Source: a virus. Taken from it: DNA of 64,000 nt. The position numbers and the translations under genes were made by a program. The DNA is taken from positions 1 through 64,000 of IMG/VR virus record IMGVR_UViG_3300025929_000001. One strand, given 5' to 3'. This document shows, one piece after another, positions 27,849 to 37,996 of this stretch. Every line of letters begins with the position of its first letter. The stretch's first letter is position 1. The notes below the pieces were generated by a model. The model was not told the origin of the DNA, did no database searches, and was given only the letters and a program-made list of their open reading frames with translations.

Positions 27849-28229
27849 ATGGACTTCTACGATAGAGCCGCTGCAACGACCCTGCGCATGATCAAGCAAT
27901 ACGGCATGCCTGTGACGTTGCGCCGGCAGTCCGTAGGAAACTATGATCCCTCTACCCTCGGTGCCACAGTGCAGACCGAGGATTCGACACGTTATATGCT
28001 TAAGCTGGATCAACCAGGCTCGCAGATTGCGCAGCGGTTCGGCAGCAACTTCGAAAAAGAAACTTTGCGTGAACGCAATGAGAAGTGGGGCTACATGGAT
28101 GCAAACGGCCCTGCTCCGCAGTTGCAAGATCGCATTATCATGGAAGGTATCGAATACACCCTCCAAGACGTGCAGATGTGTGGCCCGGGCGGCAAAGTTG
28201 TGTTCTATCAGCTTGTGATGCGTGCATAA
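27849..28229 (+). CDS. head closure protein
   Basis: FYDR....A..MI..YG..VTL.R....YDP; gene position. Confidence 0.75.
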   Translation: MDFYDRAAATTLRMIKQYGMPVTLRRQSVGNYDPSTLGATVQTEDSTRYMLKLDQPGSQIAQRFGSNFEKETLRERNEKWGYMDANGPAPQLQDRIIMEGIEYTLQDVQMCGPGGKVVFYQLVMRA

Positions 28230-28726
28230 TGGCAAGCTCTCGGCATACTGGATTTAAAGTCCGAGATGATGTAATGAATTACATCAAAGGCAGCAAGGGC
28301 TTCATTCAGGCTGTTCACAAAGCTGCGTTGGAAGAAGTGGGTTGGCGGTTGATTAAGTATTCTGCGGTTGGTGATCCGACACTTTGGCACCCGCCGTACT
28401 GGCCGAAAGGCTATTCGCCCGGACACCTCCGCGCTAACTGGCAAGTTGGGATTGACTCTAAGCCTGCTGGTGAGATTAAAGGCGTCGACCCAATGGGTTA
28501 CAAGACGCAAGAGCGCTACAAGTTCGGACGCTGGACGATTAACCACAAGTTCTATTTCGTCAATACTGCGCCGTATTCGTACCGTATTGAAACAGGCACA
28601 CATTCGACGCAAGTGCCACCCGGTGGGATGGTTGGGCGTGTAAAGCGAGAATGGCGTCAGATAGTTCAACAAGCGGCAATGGACGTTAGAAGTACAGGCA
28701 AGTGGCGCAACCAAGGAACTGAGTGA
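28229..28726 (+). CDS. HK97 gp10-like neck/tail-completion protein
   Basis: G.LRANWQV, N.APY..RIE.G.HSTQ.PPGGMV. Confidence 0.8.
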   Translation: MASSRHTGFKVRDDVMNYIKGSKGFIQAVHKAALEEVGWRLIKYSAVGDPTLWHPPYWPKGYSPGHLRANWQVGIDSKPAGEIKGVDPMGYKTQERYKFGRWTINHKFYFVNTAPYSYRIETGTHSTQVPPGGMVGRVKREWRQIVQQAAMDVRSTGKWRNQGTE

Positions 28727-29367
28727 TGTCCATTCTTACCATTAAGTCGATATTAGAGCAAGCGATTGCCGACATGCCGGGATTGATCCCTAGTGTGGCT
28801 ATCGAAGCGTCTAACAATGGTGAGTTCCAAACTGCGGAGCCACACGGACTTGTCAACGGTTTAGTTGTAGAAGTATCAGGCCATACAGGTTCCGTCCCCG
28901 ACCTGAATGGTGAGTATTATGTTGTTGTGACGGCTGCGAATCGGTTTAAACTGCAACATATACTAACGAAAACCCCAATAGCAAGCGCGGCACCGGGGGT
29001 AGGCGGGGTTATAATCGCTAAGCTAATAGCATGGGAAGGGGTAAACTTTAAACCGTTTGCCGGGGTTCCTATGCAGCGTGTTAATCTCATCTGGTCACAG
29101 CCGCAAAACCCGTCGTACGGTGACAATCTAGCCCGCGAATCTGGATTTATGCAAGTCACCTTGTATTACCCGTTAGGCTTCGGAACACATGATGTATTAA
29201 CAAGAGCTCAGTTGATCAAGTCAACTTTCCCAAGGGGACACTCTTTCAGCAATAACGGAATTACGGTGCACATCGATGGAACCGCAGAAATTATGGGCGG
29301 CGTACCACTCGAGGAGCATTATGTCGTACCTGTCAGAATCCCCTTTTGGGCGGACGTTTACAATTAA
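28726..29367 (+). CDS. tail terminator (DUF4128-like) with inserted HGL..G beta module
   Basis: AWEGVNFKP, G.MQV...YP.G.G......RA..I...F.RG, PVRIPF. Confidence 0.75.
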   Translation: MSILTIKSILEQAIADMPGLIPSVAIEASNNGEFQTAEPHGLVNGLVVEVSGHTGSVPDLNGEYYVVVTAANRFKLQHILTKTPIASAAPGVGGVIIAKLIAWEGVNFKPFAGVPMQRVNLIWSQPQNPSYGDNLARESGFMQVTLYYPLGFGTHDVLTRAQLIKSTFPRGHSFSNNGITVHIDGTAEIMGGVPLEEHYVVPVRIPFWADVYN

Positions 29368-29380
29368 CTGAGGAACAATC

Positions 29381-30532
29381 ATGACTATCGCAACTGGCGT
29401 AAATAAGCTTCTTACGTTCAAGAAGCAAGCTGGCCTGGGCGTCGTCGCTGGCGCATCCGGCGGCCAAAACCTGCGTCGTACCCAATCCACCCTGGACCTG
29501 AAAAAGGCCACCTACAGCTCGAAAGAACTGCGCCCATCGCAACAGATCGCCGATATGCGTCACGGCGTGCGTTCGGTCGAAGGCACGATCTCTGGCGAAC
29601 TGTCCGTGGGCACCTACCAGTCCTTCATCGAGTCTGTGTTGCGCCGCGCTGCTACGGGCACCACGACCTTCGACTCGACCGGTGGCGCTGTTACGGGCAA
29701 CATTATCACCGTGACTGGTGATAAGACCGGCCAGACTGCAAAAGTCGGTACCGTCGTCGCAGCCGCTGGCGTCAACTACCTGATCGCAAAGTGCACGACC
29801 GCACAATCGATCCTGGTTCGTCTGGATGGTGGCACCGCAGTCGCTGGCACGATGACAGAAGTCGGCAAGCACACCTATGTACCGCAGACCGGTCAGACCC
29901 GCGACTACTACACCATCGAACACAACTTCCAGGACATCGTCCAGGCCGAGCGTTTCACGGACTGCATGATCACCCAGATGGACGTGAAGCTGCCTGCGTC
30001 CGGTATGGCGGGTGTTGACTTCATGGTCAAGGGTCTGAATGTGGTCACAGGCACGACGGGTTACTTCACTTCGCCTGTTGCCGCAACGTCGGGTTCGGTG
30101 CTCGCGGCTGCAAACGGCGTGTTGACGCTGGCTGGTGCCCCGATCGCTCTGATCACCGGTATGAACTTCTCCATCAAAGGCGGTCATACCACAATCGGCG
30201 GTGTCGTTGGTTCGAACGTTGAGCCAGACATCTTCCCAGGCAACGTCGAGGCAGACGGTCAAGTTACCGTACTGTTCCAAGACGCCACCATGCGCGACAT
30301 CTTCATCAACGAAACCGAAGTTTCGATCGTCGCTGCATTCACCGGCTCCAATGCCGCCAACGCTCCTTTCGTTTCGATTTGCTTCCCACGCGTTAAGCTG
30401 GGCGGCGCACAGAAGGACGACGGCGAAAAAGGCCTGGTTATGACGATGCCGTTCACGGCACTCGAAGCGCTGCCGACCGACACCGGCTCGTATCAAACCA
30501 CGGTCTTTATCCAGGACAGCGCATTTGTTTAA
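29381..30532 (+). CDS. major tail tube protein
   Basis: LRR....L.L.K....S.E.R...Q..D.RHG...V.G.I.GELS; biased codons; terminator downstream. Confidence 0.88.
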   Translation: MTIATGVNKLLTFKKQAGLGVVAGASGGQNLRRTQSTLDLKKATYSSKELRPSQQIADMRHGVRSVEGTISGELSVGTYQSFIESVLRRAATGTTTFDSTGGAVTGNIITVTGDKTGQTAKVGTVVAAAGVNYLIAKCTTAQSILVRLDGGTAVAGTMTEVGKHTYVPQTGQTRDYYTIEHNFQDIVQAERFTDCMITQMDVKLPASGMAGVDFMVKGLNVVTGTTGYFTSPVAATSGSVLAAANGVLTLAGAPIALITGMNFSIKGGHTTIGGVVGSNVEPDIFPGNVEADGQVTVLFQDATMRDIFINETEVSIVAAFTGSNAANAPFVSICFPRVKLGGAQKDDGEKGLVMTMPFTALEALPTDTGSYQTTVFIQDSAFV

Positions 30533-30575
30533 TGCGTAACCGAACAGGCCGAATTGACTCCTCGGTCTGTGCTTT

Positions 30576-30604
30576 CCTCCCGGTTGATAGCCGGGAGGTT
30601 TTTT
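30576..30604 (+). terminator. intrinsic terminator after the tail tube gene
   Basis: CCTCCCGG-TTGATAG-CCGGGAGG followed by T6. Confidence 0.85.
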
Positions 30605-30628
30605 CAACTCAAAATGGAAATATATAAA

Positions 30629-31078
30629 ATGAACCAAGCACAAGCAATCATCAACGGCGCTTTCGAACTCTCCGCACTGGACAGCGTCGACATGGGTCAA
30701 GTTACGCACGACGTCGCCCTCGTCGAAGATGCAGACGGCAATGCTGTCGTCGGCTTCAAGATTGTGGGCAAGAACAGCCCCGAATACGTTGCAGCGAACA
30801 ACCAAGTTCGCCGCGAAAACATCAAGCGCGCCTCCAAGCGTAGCAAAGCGATCGACGCCAGCACCGACGACGGCGCGGATGCAGTAGCCCGCACTGTTGA
30901 AAACAACGAACGGACTGTGGCATCCGCAGTCGTCGTCGGCTGGTTCGGCTTTAACCTGGAAGGTTCGCCGATGAATTTCGACAAAGCATACGTCGAAAAG
31001 TTGCTGAACAAGTACCCGACATGGGTTCAGAAAGTTAGCAACGCCCTGGAAAACGACGCAAATTTTATGAAGGTCTGA
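30629..31078 (+). CDS. tail assembly chaperone (gpG-like)
   Basis: between tail tube and tape measure; VVGWFG...F......LL..YP.W..KV......ANF. Confidence 0.85.
   Translation: MNQAQAIINGAFELSALDSVDMGQVTHDVALVEDADGNAVVGFKIVGKNSPEYVAANNQVRRENIKRASKRSKAIDASTDDGADAVARTVENNERTVASAVVVGWFGFNLEGSPMNFDKAYVEKLLNKYPTWVQKVSNALENDANFMKV
31060..31066 (+). promoter_or_regulatory. -1 programmed frameshift slippery heptamer A AAT TTT
   Basis: in-frame X XXY YYZ four codons before the stop; the -1 frame is open into 31087-31452. Confidence 0.85.
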
Positions 31079-31452
31079 TCCGAGACTTGGTGGCGTTTGC
31101 CACCTATCGCTTTTATTGGGGCGGCAAGGAGTCTGATGGTGCAACGAAGCAAGAACACGTTGACAAAGCCAAACAGAACGCCTTTGCCGCCTCTCTTATT
31201 ACGGATCAGACATTTGCAGACGTACCTGAAGAAGCGGATTGCCCTTATGAGCTTCAACACATTTGGGAATGGTTTTACGAGTTAGATTCAACCCGTATTA
31301 ATGGTATGTCGGCTGGACCGATAACCAATGTAGAGATCACAGCTTGGTCGGATGGTATGGGTTACGACTTACTACCAATCGAGCGCAAGGCATTACTTGC
31401 GGTAGATAGAGCGTTTCAGATGCATAACTCGAAACCGAAAGAGAAAACATAA
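31067..31452 (+). CDS. tail chaperone frameshift extension (gpT-like)
   Basis: -1 frame reads YEGLIRDLVAFATY...IWEWF.EL...R..GM..GPI...EI.AW; the ORF has only a TTG/GTG start. Confidence 0.8.
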
Positions 31453-34400
31453 TGAGCACTCCAGGCGGCAACGGACCAGATACCAACAGCGAATTAGGTC
31501 TAAACGTATCCACGAATGCGCCAGAAGCGGCTGCACAACTGGATGCGTTCGGTACCGTTGTCGTCAAACTTATTGACAGTGTTGACAAGCTAGCAGCTAG
31601 CTTGGATAAACAAGCTGAGAAGCAAGAAAAAGCCAAGAAGTCTACAACCCAACTGACCGAAGCTCAGCGCGAGCAGCAACGTCAGCAGGCAGCGTCTTTG
31701 GAACTGCAAAAGCAAGCTGACAAAGCGGCTGAACAAGCACTCGCTGCGGGCGAAAAGCTGATTGCTCAACTGCAAGACGAGATTGCCACGTTCGGCATGT
31801 CGCGTCTGGAAGTCAAAGCATACCGCGCTGAGATCCTGGGCGTTAGCGAAGCTGCTGACCCATTGATTGCTAAACTGGAAGCACTTACCCGCGCACAGTT
31901 CGAGTTGACCACACAACAGCGCCGCGACATCGAAACCATGCGCGAGCAACAAGGCGCCTACGTCGCTCAGCAGCGGATGGTTGAAGACCGGGATATGTGG
32001 TTACACAACCAACGCGCCAAAGATTACGCTGATTATATTAGCTGGTGGGAAAAGACCCTGGCTACGGAAGATGCCAACCAAGCTAAGATGATGGAGATTG
32101 GGCAGTCGCGCGACCTCTGGCATCACGAGCAGCGTGCAAAAGACTACGCTGATTATATCTCATGGTGGGAAAAGACGCTTGCTGCTGAAGAAGCGGCATC
32201 TGCACGCATGATTGCTATCGAGCAAGCACGCGACGTCGAGCTCAACAACATGCGCAATGCGCAGATCGCAGCAGATGCAGAAGCGGCCGCTAAGCGTCAG
32301 GCAATCGTGGAAAACCGCGATATGCAGATGCACAACATGCGCACCAAGATGGCAGAGGATGAAATGAAGCTGGCCGAACGCCAAGCTATCAATGACATCC
32401 GCTACGCCGAGATGTCTACGTCTGCTAAGATCCGCGAGCTCGAGAAGCTTACCGCGTATCAAGCAGCGCATGCGGCGGGGTCAATCTCAGCAGAGACAAT
32501 GGCTAATAACTTTAGCCCCGCAATGATTAAGGATCTGCCGAACCTTAGCAACTATCGTCGTGAGCTGGATGCAGTTAGAGCATCGCTGGAAGGTGCAACA
32601 CACTCGACAGAAGGTCTGCAACTGACGAACAAGAGCTTTGCACGCGAACTGATTGTTATCGGTCACGAATTTGTGACAGGTAACTGGTCGCGTATCCCCG
32701 GTTCCATGATGGTGCTGGGCGAGCGAATGAACGCGGCTGCACTGCTGTTTAGCGGAATGGGCCTTGCTGCACTGAGCGCGGTCGTCGCCCTCGGCGGGTT
32801 CGTCTACGCTACTGCAAAAGCGATCGAAGCGCAGCACGAGATGAACAACGCGATGATCCTGACGAACAACTACGCAGGCATCACGGAAGGTCGCATAACA
32901 GGCATGGCTGCTGCAATCGCAAACAGCGGTCAAAATATTGCGATTGCTACCGAAGCAATCACCGCACTGACCGCAAGCGGCAAGTTCACCGCAGAGCAGA
33001 TCGGTACGATTAGCGAAGCGATTGTCAACCTGGAACGTACTACCGGTTACTCCATCGGTAACAGCGTTAAGAACTTTGAAAGCTTGCAAGTCAAGGTAGG
33101 TGACTCTGCAACTGCTATCCGGGACAAACTGCTCCAGTCTGTACTTAAACTGGACGAGCAGTTCCACTACCTCGACAGCACGATGATCAACCAGATCCTC
33201 ACATATACCCGCATGGGCGATATGCAGAAGGCATCTAGTGTGGCCACAGACCAGCTCACCGAAGCAACGAACCGCATGGCTCGCGAAGGTGAAGCGCAAC
33301 TCGGTTACTTCGCAAAGCGCTGGCTCGAACTGAAAGACGCTGTACAGCAAACGATTCACGCGATGGGTGAATGGGGTAAGACCCAGACCTCTGCAATGAA
33401 GGTTGGTTCGCTCTCCGCTGAGCTGGCTGCAATGGACGCTTCCCAAAATGCAGCACTCAGCCGCGCAGCGCTGCCCGGTCAGTCCGGTGGTGCAGCACAG
33501 ATCGAAGCAATGCGCAAGAACTTCGCTGAGCAGCGTGCTAAGAAGTCTGCTGAGCTTACCGCAGCCATTGAGCAGAACAATAAAGAAGTCGCAGACGCTG
33601 AGCGTCGCGGCCAAGAAACCCGTTTGCAATCACAGGTTAACTTCTACAAGATTAGCGACGAGCGCGATCGTGTAGCAATGGAACGTAAGGTCAAAGGCGT
33701 AACCGCCACAGAAGAAAAGATCGAGCAGTACATGACCCGCGTTAAAGCGGCTAAAGAATTGGAGAAGCTCAACGGCGTAGTTGATCCGCAATACTCCGAT
33801 GAAGCAGTTGCGCACCAAATCGACCTGATCAAACAAACTTCCGAAAAGAAAGCAAAGGCGGTTAGCGACGGTCGTAAGCAAACGCTGCTGATGAATATGG
33901 CGGACGCTGCTGCTGAGTTCAAGCTGTTGGAAGACCAGACCAAAGCGGAAGAAGCTCTGATTAAGAGCGACATGCGCACGAAGGAAATTACTACCGAAGA
34001 AGGGTACGCTAAGATCCGCGCAGGTCGTGAACAAGAACTGGTTGCGCTGGACAACACCTACGCCAAGCAGAAGAAAATCCTGGACGATTACAACGCCAAG
34101 GATGCTAAAGACGCTGCGGAGAAAGAACGCCGCCAGCATGCGCTGCTCGCTGCATACAACCTGACCAAACAAAAGATCAACGAAGCTATCGACAAAAACG
34201 ATAGCGACGAGGACTTAGCTAAGTACAAGGAAAAAGAAGCGCTGCTGAAGTCCATCAACAAGGAAGGCAAAGCCGTCACAGACAGCCTGCAAAAGCAAAT
34301 CGATAAAGAGCGTTTGCACAACGAAGAGATCGGTAAGACCAAAGAGCAAATCGAACTGGCTAAGAAAGCGCAGCAAGATGCAGAGGTCGCTGACTTGGAG

Positions 34401-37400
34401 AACCAAGCGAGCGCTTACTCGTTTGCTATCCAAAATCTTGCGCTGAACGAAGCTGAAAGGGAACTCTATACCGCCAAGCTGCAACAGATCCAGTCTGAGA
34501 TTGCACTGCGTAAAGACCTTGCTAACGTCCAGGCAGCAGGCGCAGGCATTGCTAGCGACAGCCCTGATGTTGTGGGCAAGCTTGCAGATGAAACCGCTAG
34601 GAAGTGGAAGAAGGCTGGCGAGGACATCAAGAAGTCGCTGCGGGATGCGTTTGGTGATGTTGGCGGTGCTATCGGCGACATGTTCAAAGTGTACGCTGAC
34701 GGTCAAGCTAACACCATCAAGATCAACGACGAGTACAACAAGAAACGTGCTGCCGCACTCGGTACCGAGAACATGCAGCAACGTCTGCTTGCTGCTGAGC
34801 AGGAAAAGGCCAACGAGCTTACCGCTAACCAGATGCATCAATGGGGCGGTATGGCGGATGCTGCGTCCAACTACTTTGACCAGTCCTCGACCGGTTACAA
34901 GACGTTGCATGCGGTTGCCCAAGTGTTCCACGCTGCTGAAATGGCGCTCATCATTGCCAAGCAAGTCCCGCTTGCGATCAACGCTGTGTTGGGTCAAGGC
35001 GCAGGCGATCCGTACACTGCCTTCGCTCGCATGGCTGCAATGGCGGCGGTTGTGACTGGTCTTGGTGTGGCCATCAGTGCTAGCCAGGCCGGTGCAATGC
35101 GTGAGGACGTTGCTAAGAAAGCGCAAGAAACTCAAGGAACCGGAACTGTACTTGGTGACAGCACCGCTAAGTCCAACTCGATCCAAAAAGCACTCGACCT
35201 TATTGGCGACAATTCCGACGTCACGCTGCGCTACACTTCGCAAATGGCGCAGTCGCTGAAGAATATCGAAAGCGGCATCGGTGGACTTGCTAACATCATC
35301 TTCCGCACTAGCGGCATGACGTCGGGTCAAAACTTTGGTGTTCAAACTGGTATCCTGGCCACTAACAAAGGCGACCCGATCGCAAATGCGCTTGGTCTGG
35401 GCGGCGTTGCAAGCACGCTCGCTAACATGACCCCATTCCTGGGCGGCATCATCAACAAGCTGCAAAGCCTTTGGGGTAAGACCGAGCAAAGCATCGTTGA
35501 CACCGGTCTGGAAGTTAAGGGTTCGATTAACGACCTGATGAACGGTACGGGTGTGCAGCAGTACGTCAACGTTGAGCAGAAAAAGACTAGCTGGTTCGGT
35601 CTGGTTAAGGACTATAGCTATAACACAGTCGAGCAGAACGCGGGTTCTGAGATTGCGCAGCAGTTTGGCACCATCTTTACCAACCTGAACAAGACCCTGA
35701 CGGCTGCCGGTGCAGCGCTCGGTATGGGTGGCCAGCGCCTGCAAGAAGCTTTGGCTACTACGCAAATCAGCGTTGACCCGACTAGCTTTAAAGACCTGAA
35801 AGGTCAAGAGCTCGTCGATGCGCTGAACGCAGTTGTCAGCAAAGCGTCCGACCAAGTCGCGCAAGCTGTATTGCCCGGCCTGGACAAGTTCATGCAAGTT
35901 GGTGAAGGCTACGCACAGACCGCGATTCGTGTGGCTACCGGTGCCGAGAAGGCGCAAGTATCCCTCCAGAAGCTGGGCATCAGCGCAATCAACTATGGTG
36001 ACATCGTCAACAAGCAAGGTGACGTTGCTGCGGAAATTGTGCGTCAGTCTTTGGTTGCACGCGAGACGAGCAGCCAGTTTATCATCTCCTGGAGCGGGAT
36101 GTTCAACACCATTGCTTACACGACCAGCGGCATCGGTGACATCATGAGCACCCTGAACGGTACTGCTGATGAAATGATTGCGACCTACAAGTCGCTCGTT
36201 GAAATCCGTCGTATTATGATGGCCACAAACAGCAATCCGAACAACAATCGGACGGGTGGCAACCTGACGCAAGCTACTGTCGCTGGTGCGGGTGGCGTTG
36301 AAGACCTTGCTAGCGGTACAAGGGACTTCCTGGACAAATACTTCTCGGATACCGAAAAGACCCGCATCGAAACGCAACGCTTGACGGAAGAATTTAACCG
36401 CCTGGGTCTGCAACTGCCGCGCTCCAAAGAGGAGTTTCGTTCTCTGCTGGTTGGTATCGACCAAACGACCGAAGCAGGTCAAGCGCTGTACGGTAGCATG
36501 ATTGTGCTGTCGGGTTCGTTTGCTGACCTGATGGACAGCGCTAAGAATGCTTCCGCTACGACCAACACCATCATTGACGACCAAATTGCTCGGGTTAACG
36601 ACCTGAGCGAGAAGGCGCAGCGTTGGTTAGCGGTTCGTAACAGCGCAAGTGATCTGCAAGACAGCCTTACCGAGAACATGGGCGGCAAGGTTGACACTAG
36701 CGCACGTCAGGAAGCTCTGTGGGCGATGCTTGCACAAGGCGACAAGATCAGCCCTGAGCAGCAAATCTCGCTGGCGACCGAGCTGCAAAATCTGATACTG
36801 AAGAAGTACCAGACCGAGAAAGCTAACGCGACCGACCTGCTGAATGTGGCTAAGTCGCTGCGTAGCTACCTGGACAGCTTGAAGGTTGGCGATCTTGCTC
36901 CGGGTACCAGTACCGAGAAGCTGAACGAAGCTAAGTCGCAGTACCAACTGACGCTGAGCAAAGCACAAGGCGGTGACGCAACGGCTGCGGGTGATCTGCA
37001 AAACAAGGCGCAAGCTTACCTGTCCCTGGCTCGTGATTACTACGCTTCGTCTGACCCATACAAGGAGATATTTGCTAGCGTCTACTCGTCGCTTGATCAA
37101 TACGCTACGACCGCAGAAAGCGCTGAGCAGTTGCAAGCTGAAGGCAATGCAATTGCCCAAGGCCAGATCGACGAGCTGAGCAAGCTGCGCGATATCGTAA
37201 GTGTGGTCATGGAGCACGCAGATACCAACTACGAACAAACCGTGACCGAGCTGCAAGCATCGCTCAACGCTCTGCAGATGATCAATACGTCACTGAATGT
37301 ACTGTCGACGGTACCAGACCTGCTCCGCGGTATGCCTGCGGAGCTGGCTGCGAACTTGCAGCAATCGCTTGGTGGTATCATCAACGCGGTTGGAAGTGCG

Positions 37401-37988
37401 AACGACCAAGCTGCAATCCAAGCAGCAGCCGTCGCAGCACAACAGCAACGGGTTCTGGATGCAGCAGCTCAAGCAGCACAGGCGGCAGCGGCCTCCGCAG
37501 CATCTGCTCAAGCAGCGGCAGCAAACGCAACAAACGCCTACGGTGGCGCACAGGTTCCGCAAGGGCCAACGCCGTTCTATCAACTGTATTTCCAACACGC
37601 AAACGGTCTGAACTTCGTGCCTTACGACGGGTATCAAGCTGAGTTGCATCGCGGTGAGCGAGTCTTGACAGCAGCGGAGAACGAAAAGTACACGTTCGAC
37701 AAAGTCTACAGGGCTCCTGACGATGAAAAGGTGTTGACCTCTACCGCGAACCGCAGTAGTATAGGTGCGGGACAAAATACTGCATCTAGTGGCGCTCTTG
37801 CCCAGGAAATCAAAGCACTCCGCGAAGAACTAGCCGCGTTGCGCGAAGATCAAGCTAAGCAACATCAAGAGTCTATTGCAACCAACTACGATGCGAACGA
37901 CCGGGCAGCTAACAAGGTCGCATCCGCAACGTGTGATGCAGCAGACAAAGCTAACTGGCAAAAGCGCTCTGCCGCGACACTTAGATAG
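31452..37988 (+). CDS. tape measure protein
   Basis: 2178 aa, Ala/Gln/Glu-rich helical sequence, lambda-type TMP segment, C-terminal HANGL..VPYDGY.AELH.GERVLT. Confidence 0.92.
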   Translation: MSTPGGNGPDTNSELGLNVSTNAPEAAAQLDAFGTVVVKLIDSVDKLAASLDKQAEKQEKAKKSTTQLTEAQREQQRQQAASLELQKQADKAAEQALAAGEKLIAQLQDEIATFGMSRLEVKAYRAEILGVSEAADPLIAKLEALTRAQFELTTQQRRDIETMREQQGAYVAQQRMVEDRDMWLHNQRAKDYADYISWWEKTLATEDANQAKMMEIGQSRDLWHHEQRAKDYADYISWWEKTLAAEEAASARMIAIEQARDVELNNMRNAQIAADAEAAAKRQAIVENRDMQMHNMRTKMAEDEMKLAERQAINDIRYAEMSTSAKIRELEKLTAYQAAHAAGSISAETMANNFSPAMIKDLPNLSNYRRELDAVRASLEGATHSTEGLQLTNKSFARELIVIGHEFVTGNWSRIPGSMMVLGERMNAAALLFSGMGLAALSAVVALGGFVYATAKAIEAQHEMNNAMILTNNYAGITEGRITGMAAAIANSGQNIAIATEAITALTASGKFTAEQIGTISEAIVNLERTTGYSIGNSVKNFESLQVKVGDSATAIRDKLLQSVLKLDEQFHYLDSTMINQILTYTRMGDMQKASSVATDQLTEATNRMAREGEAQLGYFAKRWLELKDAVQQTIHAMGEWGKTQTSAMKVGSLSAELAAMDASQNAALSRAALPGQSGGAAQIEAMRKNFAEQRAKKSAELTAAIEQNNKEVADAERRGQETRLQSQVNFYKISDERDRVAMERKVKGVTATEEKIEQYMTRVKAAKELEKLNGVVDPQYSDEAVAHQIDLIKQTSEKKAKAVSDGRKQTLLMNMADAAAEFKLLEDQTKAEEALIKSDMRTKEITTEEGYAKIRAGREQELVALDNTYAKQKKILDDYNAKDAKDAAEKERRQHALLAAYNLTKQKINEAIDKNDSDEDLAKYKEKEALLKSINKEGKAVTDSLQKQIDKERLHNEEIGKTKEQIELAKKAQQDAEVADLENQASAYSFAIQNLALNEAERELYTAKLQQIQSEIALRKDLANVQAAGAGIASDSPDVVGKLADETARKWKKAGEDIKKSLRDAFGDVGGAIGDMFKVYADGQANTIKINDEYNKKRAAALGTENMQQRLLAAEQEKANELTANQMHQWGGMADAASNYFDQSSTGYKTLHAVAQVFHAAEMALIIAKQVPLAINAVLGQGAGDPYTAFARMAAMAAVVTGLGVAISASQAGAMREDVAKKAQETQGTGTVLGDSTAKSNSIQKALDLIGDNSDVTLRYTSQMAQSLKNIESGIGGLANIIFRTSGMTSGQNFGVQTGILATNKGDPIANALGLGGVASTLANMTPFLGGIINKLQSLWGKTEQSIVDTGLEVKGSINDLMNGTGVQQYVNVEQKKTSWFGLVKDYSYNTVEQNAGSEIAQQFGTIFTNLNKTLTAAGAALGMGGQRLQEALATTQISVDPTSFKDLKGQELVDALNAVVSKASDQVAQAVLPGLDKFMQVGEGYAQTAIRVATGAEKAQVSLQKLGISAINYGDIVNKQGDVAAEIVRQSLVARETSSQFIISWSGMFNTIAYTTSGIGDIMSTLNGTADEMIATYKSLVEIRRIMMATNSNPNNNRTGGNLTQATVAGAGGVEDLASGTRDFLDKYFSDTEKTRIETQRLTEEFNRLGLQLPRSKEEFRSLLVGIDQTTEAGQALYGSMIVLSGSFADLMDSAKNASATTNTIIDDQIARVNDLSEKAQRWLAVRNSASDLQDSLTENMGGKVDTSARQEALWAMLAQGDKISPEQQISLATELQNLILKKYQTEKANATDLLNVAKSLRSYLDSLKVGDLAPGTSTEKLNEAKSQYQLTLSKAQGGDATAAGDLQNKAQAYLSLARDYYASSDPYKEIFASVYSSLDQYATTAESAEQLQAEGNAIAQGQIDELSKLRDIVSVVMEHADTNYEQTVTELQASLNALQMINTSLNVLSTVPDLLRGMPAELAANLQQSLGGIINAVGSANDQAAIQAAAVAAQQQRVLDAAAQAAQAAAASAASAQAAAANATNAYGGAQVPQGPTPFYQLYFQHANGLNFVPYDGYQAELHRGERVLTAAENEKYTFDKVYRAPDDEKVLTSTANRSSIGAGQNTASSGALAQEIKALREELAALREDQAKQHQESIATNYDANDRAANKVASATCDAADKANWQKRSAATLR

Positions 37989-37996
37989 GAAACCAA

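Noticed and set aside
31985-32185. 40-aa duplication (RAKDYADYISWWEKTLA twice) in the tape measure protein
   Set aside because: Internal Trp-periodic repeats are normal for tape measure proteins.
29333-36584. Long antisense ORFs (603, 380 and 789 aa) opposite tail tube and tape measure genes; similarly 18446-19633
   Set aside because: Shadow frames caused by biased codon usage of the + strand genes; no motifs or RBS.
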